This document shows, in pieces, positions 1 to 13,405 of a DNA stretch of 64,000 nt (position 1 is the first letter of the stretch; each line of letters opens with the position of its first letter). This stretch comes from Gracilinanus agilis. Taxonomy: Eukaryota. Location of the stretch: contig NC_058130.1 in the NCBI RefSeq assembly GCF_016433145.1, forward strand, positions 351,504,787-351,568,786, given 5' to 3'. The notes below the pieces were generated by a model. It was not told the origin of the DNA. It was given only the letters and a program-made list of their open reading frames with translations, and searched no databases. A program made the position numbers and the translations under genes.

Positions 1-291
1 GCTACCTACATTCAGAGGAAGAACTGCAGGAGAGGAAACATATAAGAAAAGCAACTGCTTGAACGCATGGGTCGGGGTGGACATGATTGGGGATGTAGAC
101 TCGAAACTACCACACCAATGCAACTACCAACAATTTGGAAAAAGGTCTTGATCAAGGACACATGATAAAACCAGTGGAAATGTGCGTCGGCCATGGGTGA
201 GGGGAGTGCGGGGGGTGAAGGGGAAAGTAGGAGCACGAATCATGTAACCATGTTAAAAATGATTATTAATAAATGTTTAAATTAAAAAAAA
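1..291 (+). mobile_element. L1 3' UTR end with A-rich tail (continues upstream of window)
   Basis: Marsupial L1 3'UTR motifs (cagaggaagaactg, gatcaaggacacatg, catgtaaccatg), then AATAAA and an A-run. It is homologous to the minus-strand 3'UTR copies at 4150-4450 and about 11720-12000. Confidence 0.85.
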
Positions 292-353
292 TAGCTGCCA
301 TAGCTCCTCTGTAGTATTCTCACATTTATAACGAGATGTTAATAAGAGAATGT

Positions 354-430
354 GGCAACTATAGAGAATGCTTTAGTTGCCATGGCAGATAGCTGCTATA
401 TTTCCCCTCTTCAGTAGTTGCCTAGGATAA
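354..430. promoter_or_regulatory. Candidate RFX X-box cluster
   Basis: TAGTTGCC occurs three times (inverted at 354-361, direct at 374-381 and 415-422). GTTGCCATGGCAGA (376-389) and GTTGCCTAGGATAA (417-430) resemble the X-box GTTGCCATGGCAAC. Motif evidence only. Confidence 0.4.
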
Positions 431-1507
431 GGAAAACCTTGTAACGATTATTTTCCTAAGTGTCCACATATAATTTAATGTTGCTGTTGGGATTAAAGAG
501 ATACAAACAACATTCTAGTTAATTTATTAATTTCTCTAATTTTCTATCTCTCCAGGACTTAAAATATCTCTTCCAGTCTCCCCAAAAGCACAAAAGCTTT
601 ACTATAATACTAATCTACACCAGGGAACAAACTGTGATGCTTAAAAAATGTTGAGTATACCAATTTAATGTAAAACAAGCCACTACCCTCCTCCCTGAAA
701 TATGGTATAGAATCTCACATCTGTTGGATTTATCTGGCTCCTGAACAAACCATGAAATTTAGAAATACCAACAGCAGCACAAGGTCTACAAGAGGAAAAC
801 GATTTTCTTATACTACTTGTACAAAATACAAACCTCTAAATTGAAGTAGCTGTCTTTTTCAATTGTTTGTTTCATACACGGCTGCACTAAACATATCCAA
901 CATTTTGATTAATAACAAACCTAAGCCCAGAGGGAAGTGGGGCTATCAGCTTACAGACTACTTCAACTTTAATATCCTAATGCTTAGTATGGATATTACT
1001 CTGCAATAATATTTAATCTTTTTCTTAATATAAATAAAAGCATAATCAAAATGGCTTCATGTATTTATCTTTCAACATGTTTGGGTCACTTCATTTTAAA
1101 GAACCAAAACAGAATCATGCATAATAAACTTCTGTTCTGTGAGCTTTTATAAATCACAGACACAGTGAATTGAAAGCACGCCCACATTTTACAATCTCCT
1201 AGGAGAATACACTGCAGGCTGGATACAGAGACTTGTTCTCATACATAAAAGTCTGGTAGTTTACAGTCTTGTATGTACCAATAGCCCAATGCTACCCATA
1301 TGGCCTTGAACTGGCTGATCACAAATTTAGTCTAACAATAGCAATTAACTCTTTTGAGATTCAGAAGTACAAATCCATTTTTTGTATCTGAAAATATTAA
1401 ATGCTATTTTGGAGTTATTTGACACATGAACTATTCTTTTTATCAAAGATTTTAAAAAAAACCCAGAGCACAACAAAAATGATATTTATTTTAGTCTCAA
1501 ATTCTCA

Positions 1508-1735
1508 GAGAGGTAGTGTGGCAGAGAAGATAGAGAATTGGACTTAAGCTCAGGAAGAGACAAGTTCACATAATGCCCCTGGCACATCCTGGCTGATTGA
1601 CTTTTGATAAGTCATTTCCCCTTTGAATGGTCTACAGTTATAAATTAAAAAGAAACTGCTGATCTGTACTTGCAGAAGGACTTTCTTTACTTTGGAGTTC
1701 CATCTATTAATAACACCATAAGTTTAGGTCCTATC
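1508..1735 (+). mobile_element. Old CORE-SINE (MIR/Mar-type)
   Basis: tRNA-like head (gtagtgtggcagagaagatagagaattggactt...) and a Mar-type tail (ctgctgatctgtacttgcagaagga...ggagttcc). Confidence 0.65.
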
Positions 1736-2989
1736 CCTTTTAGCTTCACATTCTCATCATTTTACTTAGAAGTGAGTGTATCATAAAGTAAAAATTGTTC
1801 TGGATTCCCAAAGATTCTCTTTGCTAGGGTGAGTGATGGGGACTAAGTATTTCAACATTACCCAGAATCTGAGAAATGGACTCATAAGCAAGGCATTACT
1901 TCTCTAAGTATGACGAGTTCTTATATGGTCTTATCAAAGTATCTTATCTGATTTTCAAGGTCTCCCAGAAAGATTGTGAAATAGATTGGGATAGGAAGAT
2001 TAGCATTAATGGGAAAGAATGGAGAGGCATACATGTACTATTACCTTTGAAATATTTCAAGCCTTTTATTTCTCTTATTTTACTTCCTAAGCAGAGACTA
2101 TTTTATAAGATACTGTGGCAGAAAAATACATTTTTGTATGATCAGCCCTTGTAATGAGCCTATCTAAAGAGCTAGGCTAGCTGTGCCATCACTGAGCTTG
2201 TTTTCTGAGCCTTCCTGGCTTGGAAGGACCTGTCAAAATGGGAACCCTGCCAGCAAAGCCTCTGACTAGCATGGGGTTAGGAGTAGGCATAATCACTCTG
2301 AGGCAGTAGAGTGGAAGCATCTTAACATTTTAACACTTCATAAACAAAGGGGAAAACACTTGATAGAGGAAGATAAATTTTAAGACTATGAGTTCTTTCT
2401 TAGACTTTTACTATATGAAAACATATCCCACTAAGTTATTAAAAACAGCTCTAATGGTAGTACCATTCATTGATAATCTTACCAGCAATTTAACAGAATT
2501 TCACTCGCTAAAAGACTAACTTGGACTTCACTTTTCTTGGCCCATACTGATGTTGCCTTTCTTGGAATCACTGTTGTACTTGTAGCCTCAATCAGCAGTG
2601 TATATTTAGTTGTTTTCTATTCTATGTCAGTTTTTGTCTTTCCTTTCTATAAGCTTTTTGAAGGCATTTCATTTATTCCTTGAACATAGTCATCACCAGT
2701 GTGGAGCATACAGAGATGATTTTTTTCTGCCACAGTGACTTATAAGAGCTTTGAAATATTTTGATGACCCACTCTGCATAAACCACTATGTGTTAGTCCC
2801 TGAGAGAAGGGAGAGAAAGAGTAAGGTACAACAATGAAAAGGAGTAGCTCCAGAATAAAATGAGTTTGTGACTTGGTAAAAGAAAGAAAGATAAATAAAG
2901 CAATAAACATAACCCGAAGAGGGTCAAGTACTTAAGAGAGGAACAACCAATGAGTTTAAGAGCAAGGATCCTTTGTGACTGGCTAAAAT

Positions 2990-3248
2990 ATGGGAATCAG
3001 CAAAGGCTTTCATAGGAAAGGTTGTATTTGAGCTGGGTCTTGAAGAATGGGTAGGACTTTAAGAGGTAGAGATGTGGAAGAAGAAAATTTAAGGCTCAGG
3101 GGAATGATATGAGCAACTCTGAAACCATATGTGAGTTAGGGAATACTGTTGAATTGTGTAAGTCTAGAAAGGGAGACTGAAGCCAGGTTATGAAAGCCTT
3201 GAATTTGAGGTAGGAACATTTGGACTTTATTTGGAAGGCAAAGGAAAG
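2990..3248 (-). mobile_element. Decayed L2 fragment
   Basis: Resembles the reverse complement of the L2 3' region (gagctgggtcttgaagaatgggtagga..., gaaagccttgaa). Confidence 0.55.
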
Positions 3249-3383
3249 NNNNNNNNNNNNNNNNNNNNNNNNNNNNNNNNNNNNNNNNNNNNNNNNNNNN
3301 NNNNNNNNNNNNNNNNNNNNNNNNNNNNNNNNNNNNNNNNNNNNNNNNNNNNNNNNNNNNNNNNNNNNNNNNNNNNNNNNNNN
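3249..3383. other. Assembly gap (135 N)
   Basis: Run of N. Confidence 1.
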
Positions 3384-3898
3384 AGAAAGACCAATTTGGC
3401 TCCCTGATTACTTACTGATTATTAAATGATTACTCTTTGTATTTCCTACTCCTAGATGTGGAGGCTACAGAAACCAAATGTAAAAATAAGCACAAAAGTG
3501 AGAGTAAATGAAAATATGTATGTCATGATATATTTTCTTGGAATAGTATTCAGGAAACTTTTAATTGAAGTGTTTTATAATCTCATTGACTTTGAAAAAT
3601 AAATTCACATCCCCCTGCCCTCAAATGAAGGTCAAAATTCATTATGGAAAACATTGGCAATAAGTGTGTAATAACTTCAAGTAAAGCTGGAAGAAGGTTT
3701 CTAAGATATAATTTATAAAATCTAAGTAAAAAAGTAGAGAGGTGACAATTTCTCACATTCAAATTAAATGAATTAAAAAAATGAAGTAAAATGAACTAAA
3801 AAATAAAGTGATAAGAAATTAGGCTATCAGTATGGCATAATTTTGCAACTGAAGTTTTTCTGACTTTTAGTTTACTATCACTCTTAAAAAGCAAAAAC

Positions 3899-4148
3899 AT
3901 TTTTAGTTGATTTTCTAGGATTCTTTAGGTAGACCATCATATCATCTGCAAAGAGTGATAGCTTGGTCTCCTCATTACCTATTTTAATAACTTCAATTTC
4001 TTTTTCTTCTCTAATGGCTACTGTTTGTGTTTCTAGCACAATGTTAAATAATAGAGGTGATAATGGGCATCCTTGTTTCACTCTTGATCTTATTGGGAAT
4101 GCTTCTAATTTATCCCCATTGCATATGATGCTTGCTGATGGTTTTATA
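3899..4148 (-). mobile_element. L1 ORF2 RT fragment
   Basis: ORF 3884-4081 encodes [16 protein letters not shown]...[16 protein letters not shown] (L1 RT motifs). Confidence 0.92.
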
Positions 4149-4149
4149 T

Positions 4150-4450
4150 ATTTTTATTTATTTTTAATTTTTATTTTGAATATTTTCCCCTAGTTACATC
4201 TTTCATGTTCTTTCCCTCTCCCCCAAACCCCCTAACTCCCCTTAGCCGATGCACAATTCCACTGGGTTTTACATATATCATTGATCAAGACCTAATTCCA
4301 TATTATTGATAGCTGGACTGGAGTTATCGTTTAGTGTCTACATCCCCAATAATATCCCCATTAGCCCATGTGTTCAAGCAGTTGTTTTACTTCTGTGTTT
4401 CTCCTCCCACAGTTCTTCCTCTGAACGTGGCTAGTTTTCTTTCTCATAAG
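4150..4450 (-). mobile_element. L1 3' UTR with T-rich (antisense poly-A) end
   Basis: Reverse complement of the same 3'UTR seen at 1-291. Confidence 0.85.
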
Positions 4451-4821
4451 AAACACACATGAGGCAGGTGGACATACACAGGGTTAAGGTCAATGGCTGG
4501 AGCAAAATCTTTTGCACTTCAACTGAGAAAAAGAAGGCAGGAGTGGCAATCGTGATTTCTGATAAAGCCAAAGTAAAAATAGATCTGATTAAAAGAAATA
4601 GGGAAGGTAATTACATCCTGATAAAAGGCAGTATAGACAATGAGGAAATAACAGTACTCAACATGTATGCACCAAATGGTATAACATCCAGATTTCTAAA
4701 GGAAAAACTGGCAGAGCTCAAGGAGAAACAGATAGTAAAACTATACTGGTGGGAGATCTAAATATTCCTCTATCAGATCTAGATAAATCAAACCAAAAAA
4801 TAAATAAGAAAGAGATAAGAG
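4451..4821 (+). mobile_element. L1 ORF2 endonuclease fragment
   Basis: ORF 4459-4761: HRVKVNGWSKIF...KKAGVAIVISDK...NMYAPN (L1 APE endonuclease). Confidence 0.92.
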
Positions 4822-7800
4822 ATCCAGAGCAAGGCTGAAGGACTTATGAGACAGTCAGAAAGAAATAATTCAAATACCATGGAGCCCCAATCAGGATTAC
4901 ATAGGAACTGGCAGCTTCTACACTAAAGGAATATGGATTTGGAATATGATGTTCTAAAAGCCAAGGGAACTGAGTTTTCAACCAAGAATCACCTATCCAT
5001 CAAAACTGACTATATTCTATTAAAGGAAAATAATGGTCATTTAATAAAATAAAAGATTTCCAAACATTCCTGAAGAAAAGACTAGACCTAAACGGAAAAT
5101 GTGATGTCCAAACATGAAATTCAATGAAGTATAAAAAGGTAAATAAGGAAAAGAAAGAAATTTAAGGGACTCAAAAAGATTGAATTGTTTATATGCCTAC
5201 ATGGAAAGATGATATTTATAACTCTTAACATCTTTATCATTATCACAGTAGTTAAAAGAAGCATACCTAGACAGAGGGTATGATGGTACGCTATTTAGGA
5301 TGAAAGGAAAAAAATCAAGGGATGAAAAAGAGTATTGCACTGAGAGAAATAGGAAGTGAGAGGTAAAAATAGGGAAAATTATATCACATAAAGAGGCACA
5401 GGAGGAAAAAAAATCTATTACATTGGAGGGGAGGATGAAGGTGTTGAAGGGTAATACTTAAGACTTTACTCTCATTGGAACTGGCTCAGAGAGGAAAGAA
5501 CAACCAGATTCACTGGGGTATAGAATCCCATCTTACCCTATAGATAAGTGGTGGGGAGGGGAGTAATATAAGAAAGGAGAAGTTGAGGGGGAGTGATTAA
5601 AAGACTATATAAAGAAGTAGGAGGGGAATAAGAAGGATGGTGGGGGGAAAGAGAATAATACAAGGGAGGAGGAATGGGATAGTGATGAAAAGCAAAACAA
5701 TTGTGTGGAAGGATAGTGTGAAAGGAGAAAGGAGAAGACTACAGGATTAAAAGGAGAAAACAAGATGGAGGGGAATAAACAGATGGTAATCATAACTGTG
5801 AATACAAATGGGATGAACTCACTCATAAAACAGAAGCAGATAACAGAGTGAATTAAAAAACAGAATTCTACAATATGTTGTTAACAAGAAACACATTTGA
5901 GGTGGGGAGAAACACACAGAGTAAATGTAAGGGAATGGAGCAGAATCTATTGGGCTTCAACTGAGAAAAAAGCAGGAGTCAAAATCATGATATCTGACAA
6001 AGCCAAAGTAAAAATAGATCTTATTAAAAGAGATAAGGAACGTGATAACATCTTGATAAAATGTAGTATAGACAATGAAGTAATATCAGTACTTAACATA
6101 TATGCACCAAATGGTACAGAATCCAGATTTTTAAAGGATAAACTAAAGAAACTTAAGGAGAAAACAGATCATAAAACTATACTGGTGGGGGACTGATTCA
6201 ACCTTCCCTTATCAGAACTTGATAAATCTAACAAAAAATTAAACAACAAAGAAGCAAAGGAAATGAATAAAATTTTATAAAAGTTAGATTTAATAGATAT
6301 CTGGAGAAAATTGAATGGGGATAAAAAGGAATATACCTTCTTTTCAGTAGCATGTGGTACACAGACACAAAAATTAGCCATGTACTAGGGCATAACATTT
6401 TTACAACCAAATAAAAAAAGCAAAAATAATAAATGCAACATTTTCAGGTCATAATGCAAAAAATATTTATAAGCAAAAAGCATTCATGAAAAGGGAAATT
6501 AAAAATTAATTGGAAACTAATCTAATTCTTCAAAATGGATGGATCAAGGAGCAAATTATAGAAACAATCATTGAAGTCATTAAAGAGAATGACAGTGAGG
6601 AGACAAACACATCAAAATTCATCAGCTATAACCAAAACAATACTTAAGAGTAAAATTTATATCCCTGAATGCTTATATCAATAAAATAGAGAAAAAGCAG
6701 ATCAATGAATTGGGCATGCAACTAAAAACTAGAAAAAGAACAAATTAAAAATATAAAGACTATTGAAAATCCTAAAATCAAAGGATAAATTAATAAAACT
6801 GAAAGTAAAAGAATTATTGAACTAATAAATAAGACTAAGAGTTGGTTCTATGAAAAAAAAATAATAAAATAGGTAGAATATTGGTTAACTTGATTAAAAA
6901 AAGAGAGGAGAATCAAATTACCATTACCAAAAATGAAAAAGGTGAATTCACCTCCAATGAGACTGAAATTAATCATTAGGAGCACTTTTGCCCAATTATA
7001 TGACAACAAATTTAACAATCTAGATGAAATGGATGAATATTTACAAAAACATAAATTGCCTAGATTAACAAATGAGGAAATATAATATTTAAATAATCCC
7101 ATCTCAGAAAAATAAATTGAATAAACCAGAGATGAATCCTCTAAGAAAAAATTTCCAGGGTCAGAGGGGAATCACAAGTGAACTCTAGCAAACATTTAAA
7201 GAACAATTAATCCCAATGCTATATAAACTATTTGGCAAAATAAGTAAAGGATTCCTACCATATTCTTTTTATGATACAAATATGGTAATAATACCTAAGC
7301 CAGGAAGACCAAAAACAGAGAAAGAAAATTACAGACTAATTTCCTTAATGAACATTGATGCAAAAATCTTAAATAAAACACTAACAAAGAGACTACAACA
7401 ATATATCACAAGCATTATTCAATTTGACAAGGTGGGATTTATACCATTGATGCAAGGCTGGTTTAATCTTAGGAAAACTATAGGCATAATTAACCATATC
7501 AATAGTTAGACTAATAGAAATCACATGATTATCTCAATAGATGCAGAAAAAGTCTTTGACAAAATACAACACCCATTCCTATTAAAAACACTAGAAAACA
7601 GGAAAAGGGCCTTTACTTAATTTGTATATATCTAAAAACCATAAGCAAGTGTCTTTTGTACTGGGGATGTTAGAAGCTTTCCCAATAAGATCAAGATGCC
7701 CATTTTCACCACTTCTATTTGATACTATACTAAAACTGTTAGCTTTACCAAGAAGAAGAAAAAGAAATTTAAGTAGTTAAAGTAGACAAAGAGGAAACTG

Positions 7801-8803
7801 AAATATCTCACACCATATATCAAGATAAGGTCAAAATGGGTATATATACAGTTTTCAGATGAAGAAATCAAAGCTATCAATAGTCATATGAAAAAATGTT
7901 CTAAATTCCTTGATTAAAGAAATGCAAATTAAAACAACTCTGAGGTACCCACCTATCAAATTGGCTAATATGGCAGTAAAGGAAAATTAATAAATATTTG
8001 AGAAGGTGTGGCAAAATTAGGAGACTAATGTACTACTAGTGTAGCTGTGAACTGATCCAAACATTCTGGAGGGCAATTTGGAATTATGCCCAAAGGGCTA
8101 TAAAACAATGCATACTCTGATTCAGGAATACCACTCCTAGGTCTGTATCCCAGAGAAATAAAAAAAAGGGGGTGGGGGGAAGGACCTACTTGTATAAAAA
8201 TAACTATAACTGCTCTTTTTGAGGTGGCAAAGAATTGGAAATTAAGGGGGTGTCCATTAACTGGGGAATAACTGAATAAACTGTGATTTATGATGGTGAT
8301 GAAATACTGTTGTGCTTTAAGACATGGATAGGATGATTTCAGAAAGAGCTGGAAAGAGTTACATGAACTTATGCAGAGTGAAATAAGCAGAACCAAGAAA
8401 ACACTGTACACAATAACAGCAATACTGTGGAATGATCAACTGAGATGGACTTAGCTTCTCTCAGCAATACAATGCTCCAGGACAATTCTGGGGGTCTTAC
8501 GACAAAGAATGCTATCTACCTCCAGAATCAGAATGCTGATGAAGCCATATGATTTTTCAATTGTTTATTTCAGTTTATGTTTTGGGTTTTTGGTTTTAAA
8601 AGATTACTCATTTACAAAAATGAACAATATGGAAATATATGGTACATGACAATTCATGAATAACCCAATTGAATTGCCTACCTGTACAGGGAGGGAGAAG
8701 GGAAGAGAAGGAGGGAGATAGTTCAATCACATAACTTAGGGAAACTTGGGTGGAAATTTGGTATAACATATAATTGGTAATAAATAAATGAATAAATAAA
8801 AAA
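4822..8803 (+). mobile_element. Decayed L1: ORF1 C-terminus, purine-rich inter-ORF spacer, ORF2 with deletions, 3' UTR and A-rich tail
   Basis: ORF1-like sequence 4822-5150; ORF2 start near 5782 (atggtaatcataactgtgaat). EN peptide at 5897-6196, RT peptide [25 protein letters not shown] at 7216-7509, C-terminal region 7860-8430, AATAAA repeats at about 8780. Many stops and frameshifts. Confidence 0.92.
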
Positions 8804-9974
8804 CTGGATATTAGGTGGAATATAGAGTATGTCAAAGAGGAAAACAGATATGGAAATGCTGGTCCGGATTTTTCAAATTAATGTTTGTTGAATTAAATAA
8901 AATGAACCATAAAAATTTGGAAATTAAAAACAACAACAAAATGGACTTTTGAGGGAAAAAAACAGTTTGGGATTACTAATTAGAAGTGATATTCAATTTC
9001 CAAAGTCCAATCTGTTTTCTTCCCTCCACTCAATTCTGTTCTTAGTTCATTGTCCATCTGAAGTGTAAAAAAAAAAAAAAAAAGGTATCTATGCTGATGG
9101 ACATACTCATTGGTTTGTTTATCCTCTTTATATCTTTCATTATTGTCTACCTCGGTAGTTGTTAATGTCTTCTTAGATGTTGATTTTTTGTGATCTTTTC
9201 TATTCTTTCATTAACTTTCCCTCTTTAAGATATATTGAAAATTAAACCCACTACAAAAATTATATTAAAACCCAGCATATATTTCTTCTATGGACATGGT
9301 TCATGTTGTTCCACTTGTAGTCTATATTTGGGTAGCCTGGTCATTGAAGAAAATTTGCACATTTAGAATGCCAACAGTTAAATAAAAGTATAGATATGAC
9401 CAAAAAATGGTGACCTTTACTAATCTTGTTTCCCTTATCTTCAACTCTGTCCCTGACACTGCAGGAGTGGAAGAGGGAAAAACAGGTCAAAGGTCATCAG
9501 AGTTGTATTCATAGATGTTCCAGTTTGAGAGAACCTGCCAAAGGTTGTGCTCCAGTGGCTAAGCTTTCCAAAATATGGGGTCCCTTGTAAGCCACAATAA
9601 GGTATTCTTCTCTACTTTTCACCAGGTAATCCAGGTCCCACCCAGAGCTCTGGCTTTTACCATAAGATATGAAACAATTTAAACCTCAATTATTCTAGGA
9701 TCCATGCTTTTACTCTCATTTTAGATACACTCCCTTCACAGAATAGATAGCCTTTGTGAGTAGCTTCAGTCAAAACATGGACCACTTGGTAGCCACCTTT
9801 TTGGTGATGAACCTTTCTGAAGTTAGTGAGATGACTCTCTAAATAATTTGTTACCAAACCTGTATTAAACTTTCCAGTTTAAAGCATGTGCTTCCTTGTA
9901 TAGCCTTTGAAAACTTGGGAGTCATCACCATATCATGGTCATATCATGCATCAGGCAGGATATTAGTGGAGATG

Positions 9975-10850
9975 ACTTAGAGTTGCTCTTTTAATTGCCA
10001 AAAACAATCATCTTTACTCAATCCATAATACTCCTGACTTCTTTGTAGCATGACACTTTTGACTATTCTTTCTTCCTGAATAGTTTCTCATCTTTGAGTT
10101 TGCATCACATTGCTTTCTTTTGGCTTTCCTCCTCTCTGCCTGACCACTCCTCAAGCTCTTGTGCAGGATTATCATCCATATCCAACCTCCTAAGGTGGAC
10201 CCTTTTCTCTTTTCTCTCAGATGATCTCATTAGTTTCCTGTGGGGAGCCAATAGGAGAAACAGTCTCAAATAGATAAAAACATGAGACTCCTCTTTTGAC
10301 TCCTTTTGTGACCCACACCCTTTCTTGTTGAAAAGTACTGTGGCCTTATTGAAAAGCTTTAAGATCTTAGCAAACCAGTAGTCAAGAGGTTAAAATTCTT
10401 CCCCTTTGGTCAGGAATGCAGCTCCTTGGTAAAGCCAAGGCTGAAACCTTAGCAGGGGCACTTTGCCCAGATTTAGAATAAAGTGATAAGAACCCAGTCA
10501 AAATTCAGACTTGGCCTTGTTCTATTTGGAAGCCATTGAGAATCTTTGTGTTTTGAAATGACATAATTTGTAACTTCTGTGCAAGTGTGAAGTTTCAGGG
10601 GGTTCTTTTGTGTGAAGTGAGTCTTGAAGTATATATGATAAACTCCATGCTGCTGGAGACAGAACTGGAAGCATGAGCTAAAAGATCTTCCATGTCCCTT
10701 ACTACTTATTAACTAAACCATCCTTATAAGATTCTGTGGAAATGATAAATAGATCTTAACAGTTTACATGAGTTTAATTATCACCTCTATTCAGATGACT
10801 TCCAGACCTACCTATCTCCCCAGATCTGAATATTCTTAACTAAAATCCTA
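9975..10850 (+). mobile_element. L2 fragment interrupted by a solo LTR
   Basis: Removing the LTR restores gatctcattagtttccatgagtttaattatcacctctattcagatgacttccag, the L2 RT 'YADD' region. Confidence 0.7.
10239..10761 (+). mobile_element. Solo LTR (523 bp)
   Basis: TG...CA termini (tgtgggg...ttaaca) with a 6-bp TSD GTTTCC (10233-10238) / GTTTAC (10762-10767). TATA-like tatatatgataa at about 10630. Orientation is inferred. Confidence 0.8.
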
Positions 10851-11360
10851 AATGCTTATTAAATAAATCGATGAATAATATAATTATGGGTGATGTGAAT
10901 AGACAGAAGAGATGAAAAGACTCAAAGTAACAAATTAAATGTAATTTTCCTTTTCAAGAAAAAAAATGTTCTAGGAAAAAGAAATAGGAACTGATTGGTT
11001 TTCTTCATTCCCAGCAAATAGAAGGTGGCACAAAACCATACAATTAGAGTCGAATTAAAATGGAGATAAAAGAGATTACCAAGCTCAGAGCCAGAGAAAA
11101 ATGGAGATTAGTAGAGATATTAATATGAAATTTTAAAATGTTTGAAAAAAACAAACACGGGCTAAAAAATAAATCCTTAGGTAAATCAAAGAGAAAAGAG
11201 ATACTGGCATGTTTGTACTCTCTAGGGTAACAAAGAGAATAAAGATTTCTTTGAAAGAATGAATAATATGGTTTTGGTGGGGAGAGAGGAGAAAAATCAA
11301 CTATGTTGGTCAGAGTTCTTATGTCTTTCAAAGTTGTTTGTCTTTAGAATATTTAGAATA

Positions 11361-13405
11361 GTAATAGAGATGATAATGGGCATCCTTGTTTCATGCCTGA
11401 TCTTATTGGGAAGGCTTCGAAATTATCACCATTGCATATGATGCTTGTTGATGGTTTTAGATATATACTGTTTGTTATTTTTAGGAAAGGTCCTTCTATT
11501 CCTATACTTTCTGGTGTTTTCAATAGGAATGGGTGTTGTATTTTGTCAAAGGCTTTTTTAGCATCTATTGAGATAATCATGTGATTTTTGTTTGTTAGCT
11601 TGTTGATATAGTCAATTATGCAGATGGTTTTCCTAATGTTGAACCATCCTTCCATTCCTGGTATAAATCTCTCCTGATCATGATGGATAACCCTCTTGAT
11701 CACTTGCTGGAGTCTTTTTTTTTTTTTTTTGAGCTTTCGTGAAGTAATTTTAATTTTTTAAATTATTATTAGACATTTATTAATATTTGTTTTTAACCTG
11801 TTTACATACTTTATGCCCCTACTTTCCCCTTCACCCCCCGCTCTCCCCCCACCCATGGCCAACGCACATTTCCACTGGTTGTAACATGTGTCCTTGTTCA
11901 GGGTCTATTTCCCATTCATGTCCGCCTTAGCCCACGCATTCAAGCAATTGTTTATCTTATATGTTTCCTCTCCTGCAGTCCTTCCTCTGAATGTGGGTAG
12001 CATCTTTACCATAAATCCCTCAGAGCTGTCTTGTGTCACTGCAGTGCTGCTGGTACAGGAGCCCATTACATTTGATTTTACCATAGTATATCAGTCTCTG
12101 TGTACAATGTTCTTCTGGCTCTGCTCCTTTCACTCTGCATCAGTTCCTGGAGGTCTCTCCAATTTGCATGGAATTCCTCCAGTTTATTATTCCTTTTAGC
12201 ACAATAGTATTCCATCACCCAAATATACCACAATTTGTTCAGCCATTCCCCAATTGAAGGACATCCCCTCATTTTCCAGTTTTTTCCAGTTTTTTGCCAC
12301 TACAAAAAGCGCAGTTATAAATATTTTCGTACAAGTCTGTTTATCTATGATCTCTTTGGGGTACAAACCCAGCAATGGTATGGCTGGATCAAAGGGCAGG
12401 CAGTCTTTTATAGCCCTTTGGGTGTAGTTCCAAATTGCCAGCCAGAATGGCCAGATCATTTCACAACTCCACCAGCAATGCATCAATGTCCCAATTTTGC
12501 CACATCCCCTCCAACATTCATTACTCTCCCCTTCTTTCATTTTAGCCAATCTGCTAGGTGTGAGGTGGTACCTCAGAGTTGTTTTGATTTGCATTTCTCT
12601 AATTATTAACTTGCTGGAATCTTTTTGAAAGTATTCTATTTAAGATTTTTGCATCTTTGTTCATTAGGGAGATTGGTCTGTAGTTTTCTTTTTCTGTTTT
12701 TGGTCTGCCTGACTTTGGAATCAGTATCATATTTGTGTCATAAAAGGAATTTGGTAGGACTTCTTCTTTGCTTATTATGTCAAATAATTTGTATAGTATT
12801 GGAATTAGTTGTTCTTTGAATGTTTGATAGAATTCACTTGTGAATCCATCTGGCCTTGGCAATTTTTTTCTTAGGGAGTTCTTTGATGGCTTGTTCAATT
12901 TCTTTTTCTGATATGGGATTATTTAAGTATTCTATTTCTTCCGCTATTAATCTAGGCAATTTATATTTTTGTAAATATTTATCTATCAGCTAGATTGATA
13001 TATTTATTGCCATATAATTGGGCAAAATAGTTTTTAATGATTACCTTAATTTCCTCTTCACTAGAGGTAAGGTCTCTTTTCATCTTTGATACTGTTAATT
13101 TGGTTTTCTTCTTTCCTTTTTTTAAATTAGATTTACCAGTACGTCGTCTATCTGTTTTTTTCAAAGTACCAGCTTCTAGTCTTATTTATTAAGTCAAAAG
13201 TTCTTTTACTTTTGATTTTATTAATTTCTCCTTTGATTTTTAGTATTTCTAATTTAGTTTTCATCTGAGGATTTTTAATTTGTTCATTTTCTAGTTTTTT
13301 AAGTTGCATACCCAATTCATTAATCTCTGCCCTCCCTAATTTGTTAATATATGCACTCAGTGATATAAATTTTCCCCTTAGAACTGCTTTGGCTACATCC
13401 CATAG
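11361..13405 (-). mobile_element. Inverted ORF2 segment of a 5'-inverted L1 (contains a nested L1)
   Basis: Minus-strand ORF2 peptides (11353-11703 RT; 12599-12898 [18 protein letters not shown]). The left boundary abuts TSD TAGAATATTTAGAATA at 11345-11360. Confidence 0.9.
11718..12608 (-). mobile_element. Nested 5'-truncated L1 (ORF2 C-terminus, 3'UTR, poly-A)
   Basis: MQIKTTLRYHLTPSRLAKMKEGESNECWRGCG peptide and poly-T at about 11715-11730. TSD ACTTGCTGGARTCTTTTT at 11702-11719 and 12609-12626. Confidence 0.92.

Noticed and set aside
350-385. Hairpin as a pre-miRNA
   Set aside because: The stem is only about 11 bp, far too short; it is better explained as inverted X-box half-sites.
9060-9700. 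Poly-A17 next to a coding-like stretch (possible processed pseudogene)
   Set aside because: All frames are interrupted, no protein is recognisable and there is no TSD.
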